Shown here: positions 1-14,048 of the stretch, in pieces | Position numbering within the stretch: position 1 is the stretch's first letter | Layout of the letters: the number at the start of each line of letters is the position of its first letter | Source of the DNA: Eledone cirrhosa | Taxonomy: Eukaryota | Length of the DNA stretch: 64,000 bases | Direction: 5' to 3' | Assembly (NCBI GenBank): GCA_964016885.1 | Contig: OZ024740.1 | Coordinates: forward strand, 188,666,001 to 188,730,000 | Made by a program: the position numbers and the translations under genes | The notes under the pieces: generated by a model | What the model was told of the DNA's origin: nothing | Seen by the model: only the letters and a program-made list of their open reading frames with translations | The model's database searches: none

Positions 1-418
1 CCGCTACACAGTAATAGAGAAGACCCGCCTTACCTAAGTACAAAGTGAAACCTACTACCGTCAGTAGGCACCTCTAATAAAATACACCTCCGTCCCACTA
101 CCCCCACCCCATCCACACCACCCCTTTCAATGTAAAGTTATGTTGGTACCACAACATCCAGCCCGAAACAAATGAGGTCGTGTAGGTGTCACGGCAAAAA
201 AACACACAGTCCATGCTGCAATGTGGCCGTGTAGGTAACACGGTAAAAACCTCCCAGTTCCACACTGTAAATGTGGTTGGTGTTAGGAAGGGCATCCAGC
301 CGTAGAAAACCCACCAGTCCTATGCGAGCAAGACAACCACTCTTGGTTCAAGTGGGAAAACTCCCGTTAAACCCATGCAAGCGTGGAATATGGACGTTAA
401 ACGATGATGATGATGATT
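1..418 (+). mobile_element. 3' end of RTE-clade LINE (same family as 10948-12290)
   Basis: Starts with the ORF end (..RYTVIEKTRLT*), matching the C-terminus of ORF 11446-12258. Followed by the same 3' UTR and a (GAT)n tail. Confidence 0.85.
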
Positions 419-631
419 TCATCATCTATGTGTGTGTGGTCTTGTGTGTATGTGAATATGAGTAAATGTATCCATAGTTTATATTACATATTTTTGTAAA
501 CAAAAATACGTTACTGCAATCAGAGTGTCATCTAGGTATGATTCTAGAAGCAAAATTGCTGTCATATCTTTAAATTCATGCAGAATATCATATAGATTGA
601 TGTTTGTCTTTTAGAAATGTATTCCTCCATG

Positions 632-683
<52 letters not shown>

Positions 684-687
<4 letters not shown>

Positions 688-1025
688 TCATCATCATCAT
701 CATTTTTCGTCCACTTTTCCCTGCTTGCAAGGGTGGGACGGGAACTGATTCTGGCTTGATTTCTACAGCTGGATGCCCTTCCTAACACCAACCTCATTTA
801 AAGTGAGTGCTGGGTGCTTTTTTGCCATAGCACCTCCACGACCACTTTACAGTGGAATGATATGGACCCAAGTCCCTATCATCTCATTTCTACAGCTAAG
901 TAAACTGGAGCAATGTGAAATAAAGTGTCTTGCTCAAGGAAACAACACATCACCCGGTCTGATAATTAAGCTCACAACTTTTCGATTGCAAGACCAATGC
1001 TCTAACCACTAAGCCATGTGCCTCC
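684..1025 (-). mobile_element. tRNA-derived SINE family B with RTE-derived 3' tail
   Basis: Minus strand shows A box TGGCTTAGTGG, a degenerate B box, body TTCACATTGCTCCAGTT, tail GTTAGGAAGGGCATCCAGC..GGACG and (GAT)n. Homologous to 7045-7337 and 9581-9929. Confidence 0.85.
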
Positions 1026-1095
<70 letters not shown>

Positions 1096-1394
1096 CAGTA
1101 TGTTTAACATCCATCTTCCCTGCTAGCAAGGGTTAGACATGTCAGTAGTCTAGCAGAGCCTTTGATCTATGTGTGTGCTGGGGCCCTGACATATGATCTT
1201 GCACTTTACAGAATGCATTTTATCATGGCACAAACTCTAAGGAAGTTGAGTTCCTAGGTCTTTGGTATAGCTGAGGAGATTTTCTGACTCTTTGTTTGGT
1301 AGGTTTACTATTGCTGGATGCCCTTCCTAATGCAAACCACTTTACAACATGTACAATGTTTATCAAGTCAATCACCAGTACTAGAAAAGCTAGC

Positions 1395-1426
<32 letters not shown>

Positions 1427-2189
1427 TACATATATGTATATTGCTTTCATTTATGCATTTTAATTAAAACCTGAATAAATATTGCCGCTAATGAACATTT
1501 GGAAATATTTTCTATGCATCTGCTTAGACACTTATATTACATTCCATGCATACATCAATATAAATATTTCATTATTTTATGGAGTAACCTTCCTTTAATT
1601 TATATAATATTTCAAATAAAATTGTTTTTATTTTCTAAATATAATTATCTGATGTTATATAACAAAATAACAGTTGGATTAAGATATTTACTTTACATTT
1701 TCTAAGACATCCATAGATAAATAATATTAAATTCTAGAACAAACTTTTTTTATTCCTGAAATATATATATATTTTTTTCTCCTATTTTAATTTTTTGTTT
1801 GATGTACTTTTTTAAATTTGGCTTGCTTTATGTAATAGTTCTGTTCTTAACTGTCAGTTTTATTTAGCAAAAATACTTAGCTTCTGAAGTAAGATTTGCT
1901 GAATTGCTTCAGGAAATCTTTTGGAAGTATTTGATGAGACTTATACTTTGATCTACATTCGTTACCACTGAGATTAAAGTAAGAGAGAAATGTCCATACA
2001 TGTTATATAGTAAATAAGTTCTTGTGGTTGTTGTTAATGTTCTACGCCTAGCAGTAATCAGAAAACTTAAATGGATATACATAATGACAGCCATTTGCTA
2101 GTTTGTTTCATTCTATGTAACAATGAAATTAAAATATGTTCTTAGTCTGTGCTCTTTACCTTTAGATTTTTTTCAAATTAATGCAAAAG

Positions 2190-2700
2190 ACAGCATTATT
2201 ATCATAACCACTATAACCATTGCCACAACTACCATCACCACTATCATCATCATTGTCAACATAATCATCATTAATCCCTTACTTCAACTCAATAAAATAA
2301 TTATTAGTAATATATTACAATTATATACAATATACATATAAATTGGCTATGAACATTTTTCATCCTTATCAACTTGATATCATAGTTTTGCCTTGCATTT
2401 CATGTTTTTGTTTATAATTCTCATTTTCTGAATTCAAAAACAAGACTTTCTATTACTTTTTAAAATTATTTCAATGAGATTTTAATGATATTTATACTCA
2501 TCAATCTTTTTGTCATTATTATTATACGTAGGATCTTCTTTATTATTATCAACATGACAACGATCATCATCATCATCATCATCATGATTTCTATCACCAC
2601 TACGGCTATGGCCAACATCACCACCACCACAGACACTACCAACACTACAATTATCATTAGTCTCATTATGATTATAAATCTCACAACACCAACATATTTA
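2190..2700. repeat. Degenerate (ATC/ACC/ATT)n trinucleotide low-complexity tract
   Basis: Runs of atc/acc/att give poly-Ile/Thr pseudo-ORFs. Confidence 0.8.
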
Positions 2701-2927
2701 TGACATTTGAGTTGATTTTATTATGAATTAATATAGAGATGCAGCATTTTGAATTAAGTAAACAGGCACATGCAAGGTTACATACACAAACAAACTATTT
2801 ATGCATAGTTTATGTATTTATCCACACATGAACATATATATGAATTAATATATCAGTGTACAAATGTGTATATAAATAAATATAAATATTTCAATATACT
2901 TTTATTAATGTTTGTATATACATAGAA

Positions 2928-3042
2928 TTGTTTCTACTTTAGGCACAAGGCCAGCAAAACTACCCAGTGCATTACTGGTACTTTATTTTATCGACCCCGT
3001 AAGGATGAAAGGCAAAGTCAACCTCGGCGGGATTTGAACTCA
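2928..3042 (-). mobile_element. SINE family A, 5'-truncated
   Basis: Reverse complement of GAGTTCAAATCCCGCCGAGGTTGACTTTGCCTTTCATCCTTACGGGGTCGATAAAATAAAGTACCAG...AAAGTAGAAACA, as at 62308-62490. Confidence 0.85.
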
Positions 3043-3101
3043 AATTTGTATATACATATAATATTATATATATATGTGTGTGTGTGTATATATATATGTA
3101 T

Positions 3102-3291
3102 ATAGGAAAAATTATGACCCCGACGGCAGAGCTGAAGTCGTTTCGACGGCTATTTCTGGATTCCAGAAATAGCCATCGAAACAGCTTGAGCTCTGCCGTC
3201 GGGGTCATACTTGTTCCTATTACCCACTCTACTACACTAAGTATTGAGTACTCTGGTCCATCTGGTTCCTTACCACGATTCTGTCGTTATA
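3102..3291 (+). mobile_element. Fold-back mini-element derived from the PLE-1 3' end (hairpin plus tail)
   Basis: Inverted arms 3102-3160 and 3161-3220, then tail 3221-3289. Homologous to 3969-4106 and 6813-6871. Flanked by TA repeats. Confidence 0.85.
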
Positions 3292-3407
3292 TATGTATAT
3301 ATATATAGAATTCTAGGAGAAGGAAAACTCTGATATAACACCTGCAACCCTTATGGTATCCAATGATTTGCATTGTTCTTCTTTTTGGTAAATATCATCT
3401 TGGTTAA

Positions 3408-3657
3408 GAGAGTTGGACTGGCTTTGTGCAGTGCCTTTGCTCACTATAAAAGCTTCACGGCACAGGCATTGCTTTATATCTGGAGATCTCTCTGCACTTG
3501 TCACATGGTACCATGGGCCCAGTACTATGTGTCAATAATTGCCACAAGTGTAGTGTTTGTACCAGAGTACAAACACACTCGTTCAGCGCATCGGTAGGGT
3601 TTCTCCTACATGGATATAAAGTAATGGCCGTACTCGAAAACGAGTTGGCAGCCACCA
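3408..3657 (+). mobile_element. 3' end of RTE/BovB-like LINE with C-terminal C2H2 finger remnant
   Basis: Homologous to 13735-14010. Encodes HKCSVCTRV.. and (other frame) ..HTRSAHR*. Terminal stem-loop CTCG-AAAA-CGAG followed by (TA)n. Confidence 0.7.
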
Positions 3658-3874
3658 TATATATATATATTAATAAAATGAATTACAATTTAGTCTTATT
3701 TACTCGTTTTATTTACAATCCTTTAAAATTATAATGATATTATAATGAAATAGTATGGTAGAATATTAAATGTTACATGCTAATTGAACAAGTACTTTCA
3801 TGCTTTCGCAATCTTTAGGTTCATATTCAGTGGTGACAGTCAAGTTTGCAATTTTCAATTGTTATATATATATA

Positions 3875-3970
<96 letters not shown>

Positions 3971-4062
3971 ACGAAGGAAATGTGGTAAGGAACCAGGTGG
4001 ACCATAACGCACCAAAGTACTCAATACTTGAGGTAGTAGAGTGGGTAATAGGAACCAGTAAG

Positions 4063-4156
4063 ACCCCGACAGCTGACCTCAAGCCGTTTCGACGGCTAAT
4101 TCTGGACTAAATGAAAATTTATCCTGGTATTTAAATAGCCGATCTTCTCAAGGGGT
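4063..4156 (-). ncRNA. Type I hammerhead ribozyme motif (inverted copy in PLE-1)
   Basis: Reverse complement of 6763-6856, with one substitution in loop III. Confidence 0.75.
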
Positions 4157-4210
4157 AATTCCATATATGGTCAAAGTGATTGTCAAAAATTAGTAGTAAT
4201 TCTGTGGTTG

Positions 4211-5625
4211 AAACTAAATTCATACAGTTCGACATAGAGAGCTACTATGCTTCAATCACCTTACCGCTACTTACTGCCGCCTTGGACTTCGCCGAAACAC
4301 TTGTGCCCATCACCGACCAGGAAAGAAAAATCATCCTCCACGCCAGGAAGACAGTCTTACTCTTTGACGACTCTAAATGAATAAAAAGAGCTCCCGACTC
4401 ACCCTTCGACGTCAGCATGGGCGCCACGGATTCGGCGGAGGTCACAGATCTTATAGGATTATTCCTAATAGCCAAACTCACTGATATGTTTCCTGCATTC
4501 GGTGGTGGATTGTACCGTGATGATGGGCTCCTTACCCTTAAAGGGTACAACCCCAGTAGTACAGATCGGGTCCGGAAACAATTAATCAGATTCTTCCGCG
4601 ACTGGGGATTTAAAATAACCCTACAAACGTCCCTGACCAGAGTAAACTTCCTGGACGTGACCCTCGACCTCGAAAACGACCTGTACTACCCATACAGGAA
4701 ACCTAATGACAATCTGCACTACATCCACCGCCGATCAAACCATCCTAGGAACATCACAAACAACCTGGTCAAAAACATCTCCCTCTGCATATCCCGTTTG
4801 TCAGCTAATGAGCGGATATTCGATGAACATGCGCCTTATTACAACCAGGCCCTCAAGCGGAGTGGTTTCCGGGAGGAAATATCCTACTGTCCAGCTCCCA
4901 TTAGTGGAACCAGCAGGAGACACCGCCGCTCACGCAATGTAACATGGTTCAATCCTCCCCACAACGCAGAGGTGACAACTCCCATCGGGAAACTATTCTT
5001 TAGGCTCATTGAAAAACACTTCCCATTACAACACCGCTACCACAACATAATTAACAAAAATACCATCAAACTCTCTTACAGCACTACACCAAACTTCGCA
5101 CAAAACATCGTCTCCTCTAACAACAAAAAACTCAACCCCGATGGCAGAAATAACCTAAATAGCAGTGGAGAACCGACCAGGAGATCTATTTGCCCGGATA
5201 GATCTATTTGCCCACTCGACAATAGATGCAGAGACCGTAATGTGATCTACCAGTGCAACGTGAGGACGGATACCTCCAACAAAGCCTATATAGGACTTAC
5301 CGCATGTGACTTCAAGACCCGGCTATACCAACATAGACATACCTTCCGAAACCCGGCCCGGCGTCACGCCACTACACTTTCGGGCCACATATGGGACCTC
5401 AAGGACAACAACATCACCTATGATCTCACTTGGAGATTACTGTCCAGAGCCAATTCTTACACGGGAGGACGCCGTCCGTGCAATTTATGCTCGGAGGAAA
5501 CTTTACAAATGCTGTTTTCGACGGACCAACTCCTAAACAAGAAAGATGAACTGGTTACTGCATGTAAACATAGATTGCGTAGGACTTACCTCGCCCTCAA
5601 ACCCCATAATGACCCGGGGGGGTAG
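4211..5625 (+). pseudogene. PLE reverse transcriptase + GIY-YIG endonuclease (5'-truncated, one in-frame stop)
   Basis: RT motifs FDIESYYASI, FDVSMGATDSAE, GLYRDDGL and NFLDVTLDL; linker WFNPP; endonuclease NVIY...YIGLT..FKTRLYQH and CNLC.EE. ORFs 4180-4380 and 4417-5625 are in the same frame, split by TGA at 4378-4380. Confidence 0.93.
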
Positions 5626-6762
5626 ACTAGGGTTATAACACCCCACTTGCCGATTTTGCAATGGGTAACCCCTGCTTGCCAAGGGAGACGTAAGATCTTC
5701 TTTGTATTCTTTTATCGCTTCCTTTATTTCCTTCCTTCCCCCCTCTCTCCTTAGTCCTTCTACCCCAGCTCTTCTCCTTTGTCGGCGTCTTTTCTCGCCC
5801 ACCCGAGGCTGCCCTTTGGCCCCTTGTAGCCTTAGTACCCCCACCCCCTCCCCTAGTCTAGGATAGATTTGGCGGACTCCGCCCTTTATAGCAGTTGGTT
5901 TAGACCCCGGATACTTGTCCCCTTTTTCCGACCGCTCCCACTATTCTCTGTGCCCTCTATATTTCTTAGTGGCACTTATGCCTTATTTTTTCGTTTCAGT
6001 ATTTCTTTCTTCGCTTTTCTTTTGGGCGGGTGGATTCTGAATTTATTCTTCCGTATTCTACCTTTACTTCGTACGAACTTTCATGTAGCTTGTTTTAGAT
6101 CTTTTAGAGTTAGCATTAGTATATATTTTTCTCGGGACTCAGAATTATTATCTCGTATTAGTTCACTTTGCTGCACTGGGTGGTTGCCGGAATTGTGCCC
6201 GGGATGGAAACCTTTATTGTTTATTTCGTGGTAGTCTCTTTAGTATTTTGGCCCCTTTTGTTGACCCGTCACCGTATCATTTACGTACTTATAACTCTTT
6301 AAAGGGTCCTCGCCTATACCGTCCCACCTAGTTCTTTTACTTATTTCGTTATTTCTTTATTTCTTTCTTTACTTCTTTCTTTCTTTCTTTATTTATTTAT
6401 TCTAGACTAACAATAGCTAGAGACCTAGGTCGTAGAATTTAATTTACTTTACTTTTTTCTTTACACTCATTTGTTTTTCTTTACACTTATTTGCTTTTCT
6501 TCACTCTCAGTATTTTTTCTTTCCTATATATTTCTACCCCCCATTGTTCTACCTACCGTTCCGACTTCCTCCCCCTCCCCCTCCCCTGTATCTTCTTTGA
6601 CCTCATGCCCAGCTGTAGCTGGCACTACAAACGCTTGATTGGGGCTACTCCACCCCTCCCCTCTTTCTCCTACTGGCAGGTTTAGCCACCATCTCCCCTA
6701 CTAATTTGCAACCACAGAATTACTACTGATTTTTGACAATCACTTTGACCATATATGGAATT

Positions 6763-6856
6763 ACCCCTTGAGAAGATCGGCTATTTAAATACCAGGATAA
6801 ATTTTCATTTAGTCCAGAATTAGCCGTCGAAACGGCTTGAGCTCAGCTGTCGGGGT
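6763..6856 (+). ncRNA. Type I hammerhead ribozyme motif with U3-A8 core variant
   Basis: Stem I ACCCC/GGGGT, core TTGAGAA, stem II GA(T)CGGCTA/TAGCCGTC, GAAA, stem III ACGGCT/AGCTGT with loop TGAGCTC, cleavage triplet GTC at 6849-6851. Confidence 0.8.
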
Positions 6857-6866
6857 CTTACTGGTT

Positions 6867-6907
<41 letters not shown>

Positions 6908-6926
6908 ATATATATGTATGTATATG

Positions 6927-6965
<39 letters not shown>

Positions 6966-7044
6966 AATATTTGTATATGCATTTGTATATATATATATGT
7001 ATATATAAATATATATATGTATATATAAATATATATATGTATAT

Positions 7045-8790
<1,746 letters not shown>

Positions 8791-9531
8791 GAGAGATAGG
8801 TATAGAGGTATGCATAGACATAAACATATTGATGACAACATTAATACACACACACAGCCTATAGAATTCACACACAGGTATATATGCATTAATATTAATA
8901 TCAATCTTCTTACCGTCACTCATGTTATTGCATATACATTACCACTTCGTTTTCCCTAATAATTTCCTTTCACTGTAATTCAACATAAAATAATGTCAGT
9001 TTTTCTGATATAGCTTATTGATTCAAAGACACAAGCAGGCAAGCAAGGAATTTTTTCAAACATTTCAGTTTATATTTAATGCCTTTTATATTTTAGATTT
9101 CATTTCATATGCCTCGAATATATTTTAGTGATAAAATTAAAATACGTTAAGGTATGCATTGATATTTCCAAGGTATGCTTATTCATTATTTGTTTTGCGT
9201 TTCAATATGCAATAGGATGGATATCTGTTAGAGGGGGTCAGTTATCTATTTAAATATATTTATAAGCCAATATAAATGGTTCAAGTCAATATAGTGCATG
9301 GTAAAAAAATCTATAGATATGATATTGTTTTTATATCCATCCTATGATCCACACATGAAAAAAAAGCCTTTTTTTAACATGTAATATTAATAAAAAGGAA
9401 ATATAGTGTGTACACAAGAAACTGATTTTATTTGTGGGAATACGAACACTTGCACATATGATATAATCACATATACTTAGAGGTATATATATTCAGTTAT
9501 GTGTATTTGTGAATGTGCATCAGTGTATAGA

Positions 9532-9577
<46 letters not shown>

Positions 9578-9580
9578 CAT

Positions 9581-9929
9581 GGAAGCACATGGCTTAGTGG
9601 TTAGAGCATTGGCCTTGCAATCGAAAGGTTGTGAGTTCAATTCTCGGACCGGGTGATGTGTTGTTTCCTTGAGAAAGAGACTTTATTTCACATTGCTCCA
9701 GTTTACTCAGCTGTAGAAATGAGATGATTGAGACTGGGGTCCCTATCATTCCACTGCAAAGTTGTCGTGGAGGTGCTACGGCAAAAAAGCACCAAGCACT
9801 CAATGTAAATGAGGTTGGTGTTAGGAAGGGCATCCAGCTGTAGAAATCAAGCCAGAATCAGTTCCCGTCACACCCTTGCAAGCAGGGAAAAGTGGACGTA
9901 AAATTAAATGATCATGATGATGATGATGA
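9581..9929 (+). mobile_element. SINE family B, full length
   Basis: tRNA-like head GGAAGCACATGGCTTAGTGGTTAGAGC..GTGAGTTCAATTC, RTE-like tail, (GAT)n end. Confidence 0.9.
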
Positions 9930-9945
9930 TATATATATATATATA

Positions 9946-10147
9946 AATCAGGAAGGGTTTAGTCTGAAGCTTTTTTGACTATACCAAAACAGAGCTTAAT
10001 AATTATCTTAGTAGAGCATGGTTGAATTATAAAGAGTCGGGACCTGACGGCTGACCTTTTGCTCTTTTAACAGCTAGTTCTAGACCAGCCTGGAACTAGC
10101 TAGTGAAATGGCAAGAGCTCAACCATTGAGTCCAGAATCTTTATAAT
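9946..10147 (-). mobile_element. Degenerate fold-back PLE-end mini-element
   Basis: Imperfect arms 10026-10083 / 10090-10147 (ATTATAAAGA..AGCTAGTTCTAG / CTGGAACTAGCT..TCTTTATAAT). GAAATGGCAAGAGCTC resembles PLE-1 HHR stem III. Confidence 0.55.
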
Positions 10148-10169
10148 GTAATATACTAATATATATATA

Positions 10170-10213
<44 letters not shown>

Positions 10214-10947
10214 TATACACACACATACATACTCACACACATAATTCATCTATCTCCCACTTGAATGCATTGCAAGGAGTTTAGGTGGTGTTCCTGCTCA
10301 TTAAAAGTCATTGTTAAAACATAGTGTCTCAACTTTCCCTCTCATCCAGTGACATCTACATGTCACTCTTACTCATCCCTTTTGATATCAATCCCTCCCT
10401 CTATTTTTTGCTTTTCTTGCAATTGTCTATTCAATCTTCTATTGACTACCACTCATCAGCCTCTCCTCAATCTCCCCTCAAATATTCCTTCTCATATTAT
10501 CACATTACTCAGTCTCTTTATACTATATTCATCACACATTGTTTTGTCCTTTTACCCCCTATTCTTCAAGTCTCTATCACAAACAATATAACTTGGAATA
10601 AGTTAAATATGTTTGTGCTGCTATAATTTGCTCTATATGATGTGGTTGGCAATCAACCAGTAACAACTTGTTTGGGAGGATCTTTCAATCAATCAGTCAA
10701 TGCTGGTGCCATGATAAAATCTACCCAGTACACTCCAAAACACATGTGGTGTTCGGAAAGGCCTCCAAAAGTCGTTGTCCAACAGTATTAAATACTGACA
10801 TGGTCTATAATGACCAGTCCAACTGCTAACAGATTTAAAAGATGAATGTAAGAAATTTTGATAAAGATATTTTCAAAATATATAGTATAACATTATAACT
10901 TACTTAATATAAATCATATATTTCATATAAATCAATAATATATATAT

Positions 10948-12290
10948 ATCATCATCATCATCAACGTTTAACGTCCGTGTTCCACGCTTGCATGGGTTTG
11001 GACGGGGGTTTTCCCACTTGAGGCAAGAGTGATTATCTTGCTCGCATAGGACTATCTGGCGGGTTTTCTACAGCTGGATGCCCTTCCTAACACCAACCAC
11101 ATTTACAGTGTGGGGCTGGGAGATTTTTACTGTGTTGCCTACACGGCCACATTTCAGCGTGGACTGTCTGGCGGGTTTTCTACAGCTGGATGCCCTTCCT
11201 AACACCAACCACATTTACAGTGTGGCGCTGGGAGGTTTTTACCGTGTTGCCTACACAGCCACATTACAGCGTGAACTGTGTGTTTTTTTGTCGTGACACC
11301 TACACGATCTCATTTGTTTCGGCCTGGATGTTGTGGCACCAACATAACTTCACATTGAAAGGGGCGGTGTGGATGGGGTGGGGTGGTGGACGGGAGTGTA
11401 TTTTGTTAGAGGTGCCTACTGATGGTAGTAGGTTTTACTTTGTATTTAGGTAAGGCGGGTCTTCTCTATTACTGAGTACCGCCAAAGGTCTCGGTCCAGT
11501 GACATTGTCTTGGTGAGGTGTAAGCGTGTGAGGTCGGAATTTATCAGCTCGTCCCAGGTCTTTCTGGGTCTGCCTATTCCGTGGCTACCGTCTATCTTTA
11601 TTGCCCTGCACTTTGTTATACAGCTATCGTCTTTCATGCGCATCACGTGACCATACCAACGTAGCCTTCTCTCGAGTAAACAACATCTGATCCCTCTTAT
11701 TTCTAATTTTTTCCTTAGTTCGTTTATGCTTTGCCGTTCACGTATGTTACTATTACACATCCAGCGGAGCATGCAAGCTTCGTTTCTCTCTAGTCTGCGT
11801 ATATCCTCTGCACACAATGCCCAGGTCTCACTGCCATGCAACATTGCTGTTCGTATGCAGGCATCATACAACCTGCCTTTCATTTTTAGGGAGAACCCTT
11901 TAGCGGCTAATAGTGGTATAAGCTCTCTGAACTTTTTCCATCCAGTTCTGACTCTAGCTACTGTACTTTCAGAGCACCCTCCCCCACTGCTGATTTTGTC
12001 ACCCAGGTAACGGAAGCTGTCCACTATTTCTATAGAACCCTCTGCGCAGTTGAAAGAGCTAGTATTTAGTGGGCACTTGCTGCTACTTATTGCACCAGGG
12101 CACCGGCCACATGTAAAATCTATGTTCTTAGTTAGCTTACCTGTGATCCCACTACATCTTTTATGCACCCATACTTTGCATTTGGGACACAAAATGGAGT
12201 TTCTACCTACGCCTTTCCTACACACTGAGCAAGGCCACTTCCCGGAAGGGACCGCCACCTTATTTTCTTTCTTACAAACTAGAACTACTT
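10948..12290 (-). mobile_element. RTE-clade LINE 3' fragment (PHD-like finger + RT thumb + 3' UTR)
   Basis: ORF 11446-12258 contains FRYLG, HGSETW, RLRWYGHVMR and GRPRKTW. (GAT)n tail at about 10948-10962. Confidence 0.92.
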
Positions 12291-12837
12291 AAATAATATA
12301 TTTTATAAGTAATGTTTATAATATATATAAATTCATACGATATATGGTATACATTATACACAACGCTATTTAGTAGCAATTAGTAAAATCAAATATATAA
12401 CAAACTGATTTGCAATGAGGAAAAAATTTCAAATGTTTCAGTCAGAAACTTTCAACCATTGAAGTATTAAAATTTTCATGTTGAAAGCAATTCTGCTTAT
12501 TGAATTTTGAACTATATATGTCTGCCTCTCTGTCTCTAGCATATAAAAAATTGAGTATGTTTTGCTCCTTGCATGTACATTCATTATATCCTAAATAATT
12601 ATTTCTCTGATGTCTCTGTACATTTCTGGATTTTTTGGTTTTCCTATCACACATAGTTATATGTGTGTACGTTTCTTGGATTCTAAGTGTATGTGGGAAT
12701 AAATTAACTGATAAAATTTTCCTTCTTTGTCATAAATTGCTATTTTTAATGAACAATACAACTGCGTACAAGCATGTGAGTATGTATATATGTTTGTATG
12801 TGAATATATATATGTATATATATGAATACATAGATGT

Positions 12838-13468
<631 letters not shown>

Positions 13469-13481
13469 AATATATATATAC

Positions 13482-13534
<53 letters not shown>

Positions 13535-13734
13535 AATATATATATATATATGTGAATATATATATATATATGTATGTATGTATTCATTTATGTGTGTGTG
13601 TATGTGAATATATATATACATTATATCATAACCATCATCAATGTTTATATATCTATATATATTTATTTATATTCACTTACATATCAATCCAATCCACTCC
13701 AGGGCCTTCTCATGATATATGTATATATATATAT

Positions 13735-14010
13735 GGTGGCTGCCAACTCGTTTTCGAGTACGGCCACTACTTTATATCCATTTAGGAGAACTCCTACCGA
13801 TGCGCTGAACGAGTGTGACTTTTTAGTCCAGCCAGCGACTTGAAAACTCTGGTACAAACACTACACTTGTGACAATTATTGACACATAGTGCTGGCCCCA
13901 TGGTACCATGTGACGACAAGTGCAGAGAGATCTCCAGATATAAAGCAATGCCTGTGCCGTGAAGCTTTTATAGTGAGCAAAGGCACTGCACAAAGCCAGT
14001 CCCACTCTCT
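13735..14010 (-). mobile_element. 3' end of RTE/BovB-like LINE encoding a C2H2 zinc finger
   Basis: Minus strand translates HKCSVCTRVFKSLAGLKSHTRSAHR*. Terminal stem-loop CTCGAAAACGAG; the 3' end resembles 46030-46070. Confidence 0.75.
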
Positions 14011-14048
14011 TATATATATATATATATACATGTATATATACATACATA

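Larger units (their letters stand above)
3969..6871 (+). mobile_element. Penelope-like retroelement PLE-1, 5'-truncated, with inverted 3'-end copy
   Basis: RT + GIY-YIG ORF and ~1.2-kb 3' UTR. 163-bp inverted repeat 4048-4210 / 6709-6871 with 2 mismatches seen. (TA)n on both sides. Confidence 0.95.

Noticed and set aside
2466-2703. Poly-Ile/Thr/Met ORFs
   Set aside because: Degenerate trinucleotide repeats.
4378-4380. In-frame TGA in PLE-1 as possible selenocysteine (as in some Naiad PLEs)
   Set aside because: The context DSK*IKR fits a Trp codon mutated TGG to TGA rather than a Cys site. The element has a C-terminal endonuclease, unlike Naiads, and I saw no SECIS.
3969-6871. DNA transposon with terminal inverted repeats
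   Set aside because: It encodes RT and GIY-YIG, not a transposase. The arms are asymmetric copies of the 3' end.
9581-9655. tRNA gene
   Set aside because: The tRNA-like head has no proper acceptor stem and continues into a repeated SINE body.
12442-12654. 70-aa minus-strand ORF as a host exon
   Set aside because: No recognisable motif or clear splice signals.
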